Position numbers and translations under genes: made by a program. The notes beneath the pieces were generated by a model that worked only from the letters and a program-made list of their open reading frames with translations, did no database searches and was not told where the DNA came from. A stretch of 64,000 nt of DNA, from IMG/VR virus record IMGVR_UViG_3300027892_002613, positions 9,288 through 73,287 of that record; one strand, 5' to 3'. The DNA is from a virus (lineage: Duplodnaviria > Caudoviricetes). Shown in pieces: positions 45,591-55,495 of the stretch (within the stretch, counting starts at the first letter, position 1; each line of letters begins with the position of its first letter).

Positions 45591-47372
45591 ATGAAAAATT
45601 ACGGAGAAGAATACGATTGGGAAGTTGATGTCGACTTTCCTTCTTGGGGAAACAATGAGATATATGTAAAAACTATATCCAAAACATATTTGCAAGCAGG
45701 AGAAAAACCAAAAGATGCATATTGGAGAGTTGCTACGACAGTTGCTAAGAGGTTAGAAAAACCACAATTAGCAACAAAGTTCTTTGATTACATTTGGAGA
45801 GGATGGTTATGTTTAGCAACGCCAGTATTATCAAACACAGGTACGGATAGAGGTTTACCAATCTCTTGTTTTGGTATTGATGTGGGTGATAGTATTTTTG
45901 AAATCGGTTCAAAGAATTTAGAATTAATGTTGTTAGCAAAGCACGGAGGTGGAGTTGGTATCGGAATCAATATGATTCGACCTGCAGGTACTAAAATCAC
46001 AGGAAATGGTACATCTGATGGGGTAGTTCCTTTTTGTAAAATCTATGATTCAACTATCCTTGCAACAAATCAGGGTTCAGTTCGTAGAGGAGCAGCATCA
46101 GTAAATATTAAAATCGAACATAAAGATATTGAAGATTTCTTAGAGATTAGAGAACCCAAAGGCGATGTTAATCGTCAATCACTTAACTTACACCAATGTG
46201 TTGTAATTAGTGATAGATTTATGAAGAAGTTAGAAGAAGGTGATTCAGAAGCCCGTAGAAAGTGGGGTAAAATATTACAAAAAAGAAAAGCAACCGGTGA
46301 ACCATATATTATGTATAAGGGAAATGTGAACAAAGCAAATCCTGAAATGTATAAGAAGAATGGTTTGAAAGTTCATATGACTAATATTTGTTCTGAAATC
46401 GTTTTACATACTGATGAGCAACATTCATTTGTTTGTTGCCTAAGTTCATTAAACTTGGCAAAATACGATGAGTGGAAAGATACTGATTTAGTTTATACAT
46501 CTACTATTTTCTTAGATGGTGTATTAGAAGAGTTCTTACAAAGAGCTAAGAATATGAAAGGATTTGAAAATGCAGTTCGTTCAGCAGAAAAAGGTAGAGC
46601 ATTAGGATTAGGTGTATTAGGATGGCACACTTACTTACAACAAAAAGGATTACCATTTGAAGGATTGCAGGCTCAATTTGAAACTCGTAAGATTTTCTCT
46701 GGAATTAAGATTGAATCTGAAAGAGCAAGTAGAGATTTAGCAAATGAATATGGTGAACCACTATGGTGTAAAGAGAGTGGATTCCGTAATACTCACCTAA
46801 GAGCAGTAGCACCCACTGTATCAAACTCTAAGTTGAGTGGTAACGTAAGTAGTGGTATTGAACCTTGGGCTGCTAATGTATTTACAGAACAAACATCAAA
46901 AGGAACTTTCATTAGAAAAAATCCTGAATTGAGAAGAGTATTGAAAAAAATTGGATTTGATACAAAAGAAACATGGGATTCGATTTTAGCAGATGGTGGT
47001 TCTGTAATGGGATTAGATTTCTTAGATGAGTGGTGTTATTTAGATGGTAAATTAGTTGAGTGTAATGAGGTAACCGAAGAATCACATAAAGGTAGATGTT
47101 ATTCAGTTAAGGATGTATTCAAAACATTTAAAGAAATTAATCAATTAGATTTAGTAAGACAAGCGGGTATTAGACAACAATACATTGACCAAGCCGTTTC
47201 TCTAAACTTAGCGTTTCCTGCAATAGCAGAACCAAAGTGGATTAATCAAGTTCACTTAGAAGCTTGGAAACAAGGTGTTAAGACTCTTTACTATATGAGA
47301 ACTGAATCAGTATTAAGAGGAGATATTGCGGCAAAAGCAATGGACCCAGAATGTGTAAGTTGTGAAGGTTAA
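45591..47372 (+). CDS. nrdA: Ribonucleotide reductase class I alpha subunit (no ATP cone)
   Basis: ATPVLSN, PISCF, GGGVG, TNICSEI, CCLSSLNL, APTVSNS, KTLYY, C-terminal CVSCEG. Confidence 0.95.
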   Translation: MKNYGEEYDWEVDVDFPSWGNNEIYVKTISKTYLQAGEKPKDAYWRVATTVAKRLEKPQLATKFFDYIWRGWLCLATPVLSNTGTDRGLPISCFGIDVGDSIFEIGSKNLELMLLAKHGGGVGIGINMIRPAGTKITGNGTSDGVVPFCKIYDSTILATNQGSVRRGAASVNIKIEHKDIEDFLEIREPKGDVNRQSLNLHQCVVISDRFMKKLEEGDSEARRKWGKILQKRKATGEPYIMYKGNVNKANPEMYKKNGLKVHMTNICSEIVLHTDEQHSFVCCLSSLNLAKYDEWKDTDLVYTSTIFLDGVLEEFLQRAKNMKGFENAVRSAEKGRALGLGVLGWHTYLQQKGLPFEGLQAQFETRKIFSGIKIESERASRDLANEYGEPLWCKESGFRNTHLRAVAPTVSNSKLSGNVSSGIEPWAANVFTEQTSKGTFIRKNPELRRVLKKIGFDTKETWDSILADGGSVMGLDFLDEWCYLDGKLVECNEVTEESHKGRCYSVKDVFKTFKEINQLDLVRQAGIRQQYIDQAVSLNLAFPAIAEPKWINQVHLEAWKQGVKTLYYMRTESVLRGDIAAKAMDPECVSCEG

Positions 47373-47394
47373 TATTTAAATAAAAGAAAAAGAC

Positions 47395-47658
47395 ATGTTA
47401 GAAGTAAAAAGATTTTCAGCAGTATGGTGTGGGCCGTGTAGAGCATTAGCACCTGTAATGGAAGGTATTAAAAGCCAATATTCAAATGTAGTGTTTGAAA
47501 CAATTGATGTAGATACAGACCACGAACAGGCATCTAAATACGGAATTCGTTCAGTACCAACTGTAGTGTTTGTAAAGGATGGAGTAGAAGTTGATAGATT
47601 AGCAGGTGTAAATGCAAAGATGACTTACGAGAACAAAATTAAGGAATATATTGGGTAA
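47395..47658 (+). CDS. trxA: Thioredoxin
   Basis: WCGPC active site, GIRSVPT. Confidence 0.9.
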   Translation: MLEVKRFSAVWCGPCRALAPVMEGIKSQYSNVVFETIDVDTDHEQASKYGIRSVPTVVFVKDGVEVDRLAGVNAKMTYENKIKEYIG

Positions 47659-47662
47659 TAAA

Positions 47663-47694
47663 TTTGGTATTATCGTATAATTTTCGTATCTTTG
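47663..47694 (+). promoter_or_regulatory. Bacteroidota-type promoter for PolB
   Basis: TTTG at 47663-66, 20 nt spacer, TATCTTTG at 47687-94. Confidence 0.7.
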
Positions 47695-47714
47695 TGATAC
47701 ACTAAAATGTTACA

Positions 47715-50255
47715 ATGTATCAAAACATATACTACCAACGGAATACCAATACCGTCCACATTTGGGATGATGTAAAAGGATATTTCACTATACCTTACCA
47801 AAGATACGCTTTCAAACCCGCTCAAAACGGAGAATGGGAGAGTATCTATGGTGATAGGTTAACAAAGATTTACAAATACACAAAAGAAGATGAGGGTTTA
47901 TTCGAATCGGATGTACCTGAAGTTACTAGAGTATTAGTAGATTTATATACAAATTCAGATATACCATCGGAAGGGCATAGAGTATGTACTTTTGACATTG
48001 AGGTAGAGATGATTACTGGTCTACCTGATACCGAAAAGGCACAGAATGAAATAACTTCTATTGCTGCACATGATTCGGTGGAAGATTTTTATTATGTGTT
48101 AGTTCTCGATAAAAAGGGAACAATGACTTCTTCAAAAACGGAAAACAGAATTGTAGTTCCGTTCAAATCAGAAGGAGAAATGCTATCTAAGTTTCTCTCA
48201 ATATACGAACACATTAACCCAACAATTATTACTGGGTGGAACATCGATTTCTTTGATGTTCCTTATCTTTACAATCGTTTAAAAAATGTATTAGGTGAAA
48301 AGCAAGCGAGAAGATTATCTCCTATCAGAGAAGTATTCTTTTCACCGTATAGAAAGAAATGGTTTATAGGAGGAGTATCCGCATTAGATTATTTAGTATT
48401 ATATAAGGAATACAACTATACTGAATTAGATAACTATCGTTTGGATACCGTTGCTAAAATTGAATTAGGTAGAGGTAAGGTTGAATACTCTGGTAATTTG
48501 GATGATTTATTTAGAGATGATATTGAAAAGTTCATTGAGTATAACTTAGAAGATGTTCGATTGATTGTAGATATGGATAAAAAACTACAATTTATTGACC
48601 TATGTAGAGGTATTGCTCACGCCGGACACGTTGCTTATGAAGATGTATTTTTCACATCTCGTTCATTAGAAGGTGCGTTATTATGCTTCCTAAAACAAAG
48701 AGGTTTAGTAGCACCAAACAAAATGAGGAAAGAGGATTCGGATAGAATGTTAGATTCAATGCGAGAACAGGGTGGTATAAATGAAGGGGCAAAAGACCAA
48801 AAGTTTATCGGAGCGTATGTAAAAGACCCGATTGTTGGTAAGTATGATTGGATATATGATTTGGATTTAACTTCACTATATCCATCAATCATTATGACGG
48901 TGAATATCTCACCCGAAACAAAGATGGCAAAGGTTGACAATTGGGATGTTCAGAGGTATCTTAAAAAAGAAGATGATTTCTATACAATAAGCGGAAAACA
49001 AATAGCAAGAGATAAGTTTGAAGATTTTTTAAAGAGTAGTGGAAATTCAATTGCATCAAATGGTGTAATTTATAGACAAGATAAAATAGGATGTATTCCT
49101 GCAATCTTAGATGAATGGTTCAGTAAGCGTGTTGAGTATCGTAAGTTAGAAAATAAGTATGGTGAAGAAGGAGATGCTGAAAAATATGCATTCTATAAGA
49201 AACGACAATTAGTACAAAAGATTTTACTTAACTCATTATATGGAGTATTAGGATTACCATCATTTCGATTCTATGATGTGGATAACGCTGAAGCAGTAAC
49301 ACTAACAGGTCAGAGGGTAATTAAATCTACCGCTGATATGGCTAACATCAAATACAATAAAGAGTTAGGAACAACAGATGGTGATTACAACATTTATATT
49401 GATACGGATTCAGTATTCTTTTCAGCTGTACCTTTATTAGAAAAGAGGCATCCTAATTGGAGAGATATGCCGGATGATGAAGTTGCTATGAAAGTGGATG
49501 GGATTGCAGGAGAAACACAGGATTACTTAAATAATTTCTATGATGTATTCTCTGAAAGGATATTAAATGTTTCAAAGGATAAACACCGATTACAGATTAA
49601 AAAAGAATTTGTAAGTAGGTCTGGAATTTGGATTGCAAAGAAACGATATGCACAATGGATTATTGCTGAGAATGGTATTAAATGTGATACACTTCAAGTA
49701 AAAGGATTGGATGTAGTTCGTTCTTCGTTTCCAGGAGCATTCAAAGTGTTTATGAAACAAACATTAATTGATATCCTACGAAGTGAACCAAAGGAAGTAA
49801 TGGATGAGAAGATTATGACATTCAAAGCATCGTTGCCATTAATTGGATTCTATGATATTGCTAAGAGTAGTTCGGTTAAAGAATTATCTAAATACACACC
49901 GAGCAAAGGAGCTATGTTCCAATTCGCAAAAGGAACTCCTGCGCACGTTAAAGCAGCATGGACTTATAATCAATTGTTGAAACACTTTAATTGTGGATTC
50001 AAATATTCACCTATGAGAAATGGTGATAAAATGAAATGGGTATATCTTAAGCAAAATCCATTGGGATTAGATACTATAGGATTCAAAGGGGCAAACGACC
50101 CGGAAGAGATAGAATCTTTCATCAAAAATTACATCGATTATGATAAGATTTTTGAGCATGAAATGCAGAACAAATTAGAGGATTTCTACAAAGCATTAGG
50201 GTGGGGGCATTTACAACTAAAAATCACCAAATCTGATAAGTTTTTCTCATTTTAA
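47715..50255 (+). CDS. DNA polymerase family B (gp43-like)
   Basis: Exonuclease motifs FDIEV, GWNIDFFDVPY, YNLED; polymerase motifs DLTSLYPSII, KILLNSLYG, YIDTDS, KKRYA. Confidence 0.95.
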   Translation: MYQNIYYQRNTNTVHIWDDVKGYFTIPYQRYAFKPAQNGEWESIYGDRLTKIYKYTKEDEGLFESDVPEVTRVLVDLYTNSDIPSEGHRVCTFDIEVEMITGLPDTEKAQNEITSIAAHDSVEDFYYVLVLDKKGTMTSSKTENRIVVPFKSEGEMLSKFLSIYEHINPTIITGWNIDFFDVPYLYNRLKNVLGEKQARRLSPIREVFFSPYRKKWFIGGVSALDYLVLYKEYNYTELDNYRLDTVAKIELGRGKVEYSGNLDDLFRDDIEKFIEYNLEDVRLIVDMDKKLQFIDLCRGIAHAGHVAYEDVFFTSRSLEGALLCFLKQRGLVAPNKMRKEDSDRMLDSMREQGGINEGAKDQKFIGAYVKDPIVGKYDWIYDLDLTSLYPSIIMTVNISPETKMAKVDNWDVQRYLKKEDDFYTISGKQIARDKFEDFLKSSGNSIASNGVIYRQDKIGCIPAILDEWFSKRVEYRKLENKYGEEGDAEKYAFYKKRQLVQKILLNSLYGVLGLPSFRFYDVDNAEAVTLTGQRVIKSTADMANIKYNKELGTTDGDYNIYIDTDSVFFSAVPLLEKRHPNWRDMPDDEVAMKVDGIAGETQDYLNNFYDVFSERILNVSKDKHRLQIKKEFVSRSGIWIAKKRYAQWIIAENGIKCDTLQVKGLDVVRSSFPGAFKVFMKQTLIDILRSEPKEVMDEKIMTFKASLPLIGFYDIAKSSSVKELSKYTPSKGAMFQFAKGTPAHVKAAWTYNQLLKHFNCGFKYSPMRNGDKMKWVYLKQNPLGLDTIGFKGANDPEEIESFIKNYIDYDKIFEHEMQNKLEDFYKALGWGHLQLKITKSDKFFSF

Positions 50256-50287
50256 TTTGGTAGTTTGAAATAAATTTCGTATCTTTA
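50256..50287 (+). promoter_or_regulatory. Bacteroidota-type promoter for the clamp operon
   Basis: TTTG at 50256-59, 20 nt spacer, TATCTTTA at 50280-87. Confidence 0.6.
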
Positions 50288-50313
50288 CATTAATAAAAAA
50301 TAAAACAAAAATT

Positions 50314-51030
50314 ATGGAAAAAAATCGTTTAAGCCGCTTTATCTCAAAATATAATTTGGCAGGATTAGTTGAATCAGTTGCATGGAATTCAGAAGGTGGT
50401 AAACTTTCTACTAAATTCGTATCAGATGATAAGACTGTATTAGGAGTAGTTACATTGGATAATTTCGAATTTGAAGATGCTATTATAGGTGTGTATAACA
50501 CAAACACCTTAAAAGGTTTATTAAATGTGTTAGGTAATGATGTACAGATTGATTTAAAGAAAATTGATGAAAAACCAATTTCTCTTTCATTAACATCTGA
50601 TTCTACAACTGTTCAGTATCAATTAGCAGATTTAACTGTTATCCCAAATGTACCGGATTTAAAGCAATTACCTGAATTTGGTATTTCTATTGATTTAGAT
50701 GCAAACTTTATTGATAAATTTATCAAAGCAAAGAGTGCATTAAGTGATGTAGATAACTTTACTGTATTAACTGAAAAGGGTAAATTAAAAATTGTTATTG
50801 GATATTCTAATATCAATACAAACAGAGTTGATATTGTAGTAAACGATAATTTTACTCAAGAAGTTAAACCAATTTCATTCTCAGCGAAATACTTTAAAGA
50901 AATTCTTTCTGCTAATAAAGAAGCAAATAAAGCTACTTTAGCAGTATCTAAGGATGGATTATCACATGTTGAATTCGCAGTAGATGGATATACTTCATCT
51001 TATTATTTAGTTGAAGTACAATTATCATAA
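50314..51030 (+). CDS. Sliding clamp (gp45/PCNA-like)
   Basis: Size, beta-rich two-domain pattern and position between PolB and the clamp loader. Confidence 0.65.
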   Translation: MEKNRLSRFISKYNLAGLVESVAWNSEGGKLSTKFVSDDKTVLGVVTLDNFEFEDAIIGVYNTNTLKGLLNVLGNDVQIDLKKIDEKPISLSLTSDSTTVQYQLADLTVIPNVPDLKQLPEFGISIDLDANFIDKFIKAKSALSDVDNFTVLTEKGKLKIVIGYSNINTNRVDIVVNDNFTQEVKPISFSAKYFKEILSANKEANKATLAVSKDGLSHVEFAVDGYTSSYYLVEVQLS

Positions 51031-51048
51031 TTTTAAACCCAATAAAGT

Positions 51049-51996
51049 ATGAGTTTTTTTGAACAACAAGAAGAAGAAGTTCACTCACTTTGGGTTGAGA
51101 AATATAGACCTACAAATTTAGATGATTATGTAGGTAATGAAAATCTTAAAGCAAAGGTAAGGGGATACATCGAAAGTGGTGATATCCCTCACCTTTTGTT
51201 TTTTGGTAAAGCAGGAACAGGTAAGACTACTTTAGCTAAATTAATTGTAAAAAACATAGATTCAGATGTGATGATTATTAACGCATCAGATGAGAATAAT
51301 GTTGATACGGTTAGAAATAAAGTTAAAAACTTTGCAAGTGGGGTTGGGTTCAAAAAATATAAGATTGTTATCTTAGATGAGTTTGATTATATGACTCCAA
51401 ACGCACAGGCATTGTTAAGAAACTTAATGGAAACATTTAGTAGGCATTGTAGATTTATTCTAACCTGTAACTATATTGAAAAAATCATCCTACCAATTCA
51501 AAGTAGATGTCAATCATTTCAGATTGTACCTCCAACTAAAAAAGATGTAGCAGTTCAGATTGCTAAAATCTTAAAGCAAGAGGAGATGCAATTTAATCCA
51601 ACTGATTTAGTTCCTATTGTAGATGGATATTATCCGGATATTAGAAAAATTATCAACACTTGTCAATTAGCTTGTGTAGGTGGTGTATTAAAAACTGATA
51701 GTGCTACAATTGTAGATTCGGATTTCCGTATTAAATTAGTGGAGATACTTAAATCAAAAGATGAACTTAGAAATAAGTTTATGAATATTAGGCAGTTAGT
51801 TGCAGATAATAGAGTAACTGATTTTACTGATACATACACTTATCTATACGATAAATTAGATGATTACGCAAAGGGTAATGTTGCAAATGTTATTATAGCA
51901 TTAGCAGAAGCCTCAGCAAAAGATGCATTGGTAGTAGATAAAGAAATTCAATTTATGAGTGGTATTATTGCGGTATTGCAAATACTCAATAAATAA
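51049..51996 (+). CDS. Clamp loader AAA+ subunit (gp44/RFC small)
   Basis: LWVEKYRP, GKAGTGKTT, INASDE, ILDEFD, IQSRC. Confidence 0.92.
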   Translation: MSFFEQQEEEVHSLWVEKYRPTNLDDYVGNENLKAKVRGYIESGDIPHLLFFGKAGTGKTTLAKLIVKNIDSDVMIINASDENNVDTVRNKVKNFASGVGFKKYKIVILDEFDYMTPNAQALLRNLMETFSRHCRFILTCNYIEKIILPIQSRCQSFQIVPPTKKDVAVQIAKILKQEEMQFNPTDLVPIVDGYYPDIRKIINTCQLACVGGVLKTDSATIVDSDFRIKLVEILKSKDELRNKFMNIRQLVADNRVTDFTDTYTYLYDKLDDYAKGNVANVIIALAEASAKDALVVDKEIQFMSGIIAVLQILNK

Positions 51997-52274
51997 TGCA
52001 TCAACTTTTAATATATTTTTGTGTAATACTAACTCAATTGGCTTTAGCAGTTTTTAAAGTGTTAGAAATCAAATGGGTAGTTGAAAATAATATAACAAAA
52101 TCTGTAGTATTATTTAATATACAAACAATGTTTTGGATTGCTTCTACTGCATGGTCGGTAGATAGTTTTCTAAAAGGAGATTGGATTACCATTACTCTAT
52201 TCTTATTATCTGGTTCAATTGGTAAGATTATAATACTAAAATACTTCAAACGAAAAGAAGAATGTGCGGAATAA
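51996..52274 (+). CDS. Small membrane protein
   Basis: Three hydrophobic segments; overlaps both neighbours. Confidence 0.5.
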   Translation: MHQLLIYFCVILTQLALAVFKVLEIKWVVENNITKSVVLFNIQTMFWIASTAWSVDSFLKGDWITITLFLLSGSIGKIIILKYFKRKEECAE

Positions 52275-53710
52275 TAGGAGGTAACGGATTTACTAATAAA
52301 ACAATTAAGGTGGGGTTAGATAAAACTATACACAGAGGAAGAGACAACTCTTCCTTTGTTGATATAGAGGGATTCTTAGTTGGTCACAATAGATTATCTA
52401 TACAAGACCTTTCCGATAGTGCAAACCAACCAATGTTTGATGTGAATAATCAAGTTTGTATTGTTTACAATGGAGAGTTATGGGATAGTGTTGAAACAAA
52501 AGAATTAAAGAAATCATTACGAACCCCATTTCGAACCAAATCCGATACTGAAATTATTCTAAATGCTTATTTGGAAATGGGAGTTGATTCATTTGAAATG
52601 CTAGATGGGATGTTTTCATTCTGTATAGTTGATAAAAGAATAAATAAAGCATTTGTAGTTAGAGATTATGTAGGAGAACTTCCATTGTGGTATGCTATAA
52701 ATAATGATGGTAAATTAGTTTTTTGTTCAGAGAAAAAAGGATTACCTATAGATGAATTATTTGAAGAACAAGTTAAAGCAGTTTATCCTGGAACATATCT
52801 AGAATATGATTACACCACATTGTATCATTATACTAAAACATACTACAAATTACCTACTAAAATTATAAATGATGATAGGGAAACTATTATCAAAAACATA
52901 CGAACTTTATTAGATGAAGCTGTAGGTGTTAAAATGATTTCTGATGTGCCTATTTGTACGATATTAAGTGGAGGTATAGATTCTGTTATTACAACGTATC
53001 TCCTCTCTAAACGAAAGCCAGACGTACAAGCATTCGTTGTGTCTATGGGTGATGGGAATACTATTAACGATGATATAAAATATGCTAGAATTGCGGCTAA
53101 AGAATTTGGTGTAAACTTAAATGAAATCATTCTTACTGAAAAAGATGTATTGGATTCAATTGAAGAAACACTATATGTTATTGAGCAAGCTAGGTGGCAG
53201 AATTTAGGTAGTGCAATTGCTCAGGTTGCATTAGGAAGAAAGATAAATGAGATGGGATTTAAGGTTGTGTTTAGTGGAGACCTTTCCGATGAGATTTGGG
53301 GAAGTTATGGTCACATTCAAGCGTTTCATTGGAGACCGGAGGATTATGATAAAGCGAGAAGAAAATTAGTAGAGGATGTTCATAAAACAAACTTCTTAAC
53401 TACCAACCAATCTATTATGTGGGGAGGAACGGTAGAAGTAAGAACTCCATATAGTTGGAGACCGTTTGTTGAATATTCATTAAATATACCACCTTTATAT
53501 CAGAAGGAAAATAACCATATGAAACCTTTATTAAGGGAAGCATTTAGAGGTGAAATTTCCGATGAATTATTGTGGAGACCAAAAGTGTTCTTTGCTAAAG
53601 GTGCTAGAACAGGTGAATTGATAGAGGCTCAAAAAAATACTTTGAAATCTAAATTAAAATCCTTATATTTGTATCGTAATGATATATTAATAAATAAATT
53701 CTTTGAATAA
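52262..53710 (+). CDS. Asparagine synthetase B-like glutamine amidotransferase
   Basis: N-terminal MCGI (Ntn Cys), HRGRD, HNRLSIQD, YNGEL, SDTE, LSGGIDS PP-loop, SGDLSDEIWGSY, EVRTPY. Confidence 0.9.
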   Translation: MCGIIGGNGFTNKTIKVGLDKTIHRGRDNSSFVDIEGFLVGHNRLSIQDLSDSANQPMFDVNNQVCIVYNGELWDSVETKELKKSLRTPFRTKSDTEIILNAYLEMGVDSFEMLDGMFSFCIVDKRINKAFVVRDYVGELPLWYAINNDGKLVFCSEKKGLPIDELFEEQVKAVYPGTYLEYDYTTLYHYTKTYYKLPTKIINDDRETIIKNIRTLLDEAVGVKMISDVPICTILSGGIDSVITTYLLSKRKPDVQAFVVSMGDGNTINDDIKYARIAAKEFGVNLNEIILTEKDVLDSIEETLYVIEQARWQNLGSAIAQVALGRKINEMGFKVVFSGDLSDEIWGSYGHIQAFHWRPEDYDKARRKLVEDVHKTNFLTTNQSIMWGGTVEVRTPYSWRPFVEYSLNIPPLYQKENNHMKPLLREAFRGEISDELLWRPKVFFAKGARTGELIEAQKNTLKSKLKSLYLYRNDILINKFFE

Positions 53711-54288
53711 TGCTTAGAGTGTTACACATACATGAAGATGGTCCTGAGATGGATAAAGCTATTGCAGAGGCAATGGAAACAATTGATATATATCCTCATT
53801 TTTTTCCACACTTATATAAGCAAGGATTTAAATTAAGAAAATATTTTAATAAACCACATGGTGGAGTGGTATTACAGGATGGTGTAGTTATTACATTTGA
53901 AAAGAGTAAAAGTAATAATAGAGTTGCTAGAAAAACATTTGCAAGAAAAAAGAAAGGTGATATGATATTACATCAAATTGCTGCAAAAGAAAGAAATGGT
54001 TCGGCTCAAAGGGTATTCAATCAGTTTGTTCAATATTGTAAAACTCAGCATTGTGAAAATATAATTCTTTCAGTTAGAACATCAAACGAAATTGCTAGAA
54101 GATTCTATGAAAAGAATGGATTTGAATTAGTTGATTCTAACCCATCAATGTGGAATAGCAAAAAAGATGGACCAATCGGAGGTTCAATTTATAGATTGAG
54201 ATTACCTGCTGAAAAGAATATAGAAAACATAAACGAACCTAAAATAAAATTAAACTTCATACAAAATGTACTTAGATTATTTAGATAA
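53710..54288 (+). CDS. GNAT-family acetyltransferase
   Basis: LHQIAA..RNGSA, LSVRTSNEIARRFYEKNGF. Confidence 0.8.
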   Translation: MLRVLHIHEDGPEMDKAIAEAMETIDIYPHFFPHLYKQGFKLRKYFNKPHGGVVLQDGVVITFEKSKSNNRVARKTFARKKKGDMILHQIAAKERNGSAQRVFNQFVQYCKTQHCENIILSVRTSNEIARRFYEKNGFELVDSNPSMWNSKKDGPIGGSIYRLRLPAEKNIENINEPKIKLNFIQNVLRLFR

Positions 54289-55495
54289 ATACAAAGGAAT
54301 GGAGCCGTATCTTCACATACCAAAAGAAGATTGGACTTACATTAAAGCTACATTTGCTATAGATGATGTTAAAGAAACATTAGCAACTATTCTTATGGAG
54401 TATCCTATTCCTTATGCTGAGATTTCTGAAAAAGATGCATTGGATTCGTATAAAAAATTAAAAGGAACTTGGTGGGCAGATTTACTTAAAGAAGGAGAGT
54501 GGTTTCCTAGAAAAGCATCAGAGAGTAGATATCCGATAACATTCAGAGGTAAGCAACAATACTTTAGTAGAAACAATATAGGTAATGAAGCATCAAATCA
54601 TTTTCAACAGGCAAATCGTTGGAGTGTAGACGGGACAGTTTCTCCTGGTCCAAAAAGAACTTGGGAAACAAAAGAGTTTATGGTTTCACTTATGGGTGGG
54701 TTATATACTCTTAAGTTTGATGAGATTGATAGAAACTCACTAAGAACTTGTTTAGGATTGAGAAAGTATATTTGCGCACAATTCAAACCAAATGTAGCTA
54801 AAGCATTATACGATTACTTAGAGTGCAAAAATGTATTGGATTTCTCAGCAGGATGGGGTGACAGAGTGGCAGGTTTCTTTGCATCAGAATATGGAGAACA
54901 TTATGTGGGTATTGACCCTAGAAAAGAAAATCATCCAATCTATAATCAACAGGCTGAATTCTATAAAAAACATAACGGATTTTTTGAAACAGATAAGAAA
55001 GCAGAGTTCCATTGTTCACCAGCGGAAGATTTTGATTTCTCATCTTATACAGACCACTTTGATATTGCATTTACATCACCTCCGTACTTTAACGTAGAGC
55101 GATATTCTTATGATGATACACAGAGTTGGGTAAGATATAAATCAATTGATGCGTGGAATGAAGATTTTCTACACAAAGTAATTCATAACCTATGGCCAAC
55201 GTTGCGCAAAGGGGGTTATTTGGCAGTTAATATTGCGGATGTATATGCTAAATCAAATGATAGAGAAAAGGGATATGTGGAGATTACAAACCCTATGAAC
55301 GATTACATCAAATCATTAGGTGCTGAGTATGAAGGATGTTTAGGCATGGAAATGGCTAAGAGACCTGGTTCAGCAGGAGCAGGTGCTATTATCGAAGGAG
55401 ATGAAGGAAGATATACAGAGGAAGCATTAGCAAAAGCGGAGGAAGCAAGAGGTAAAAGATTTTGTGAACCAATGTGGGTATGGAAAAAATTATAG
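54266..55495 (+). CDS. SAM-dependent amino (N6-A/N4-C) DNA methyltransferase-like protein
   Basis: VLDFSAGWGDR (motif I-like), YVGIDP, FTSPPYFNVERY (SPPY motif IV). Confidence 0.8.
   Translation: MYLDYLDKYKGMEPYLHIPKEDWTYIKATFAIDDVKETLATILMEYPIPYAEISEKDALDSYKKLKGTWWADLLKEGEWFPRKASESRYPITFRGKQQYFSRNNIGNEASNHFQQANRWSVDGTVSPGPKRTWETKEFMVSLMGGLYTLKFDEIDRNSLRTCLGLRKYICAQFKPNVAKALYDYLECKNVLDFSAGWGDRVAGFFASEYGEHYVGIDPRKENHPIYNQQAEFYKKHNGFFETDKKAEFHCSPAEDFDFSSYTDHFDIAFTSPPYFNVERYSYDDTQSWVRYKSIDAWNEDFLHKVIHNLWPTLRKGGYLAVNIADVYAKSNDREKGYVEITNPMNDYIKSLGAEYEGCLGMEMAKRPGSAGAGAIIEGDEGRYTEEALAKAEEARGKRFCEPMWVWKKL

Noticed and set aside
40544-50255. Introns or inteins in recA, helicase, nrdA/nrdB or polB
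   Set aside because: All have normal lengths and contiguous motifs, with no insertions.
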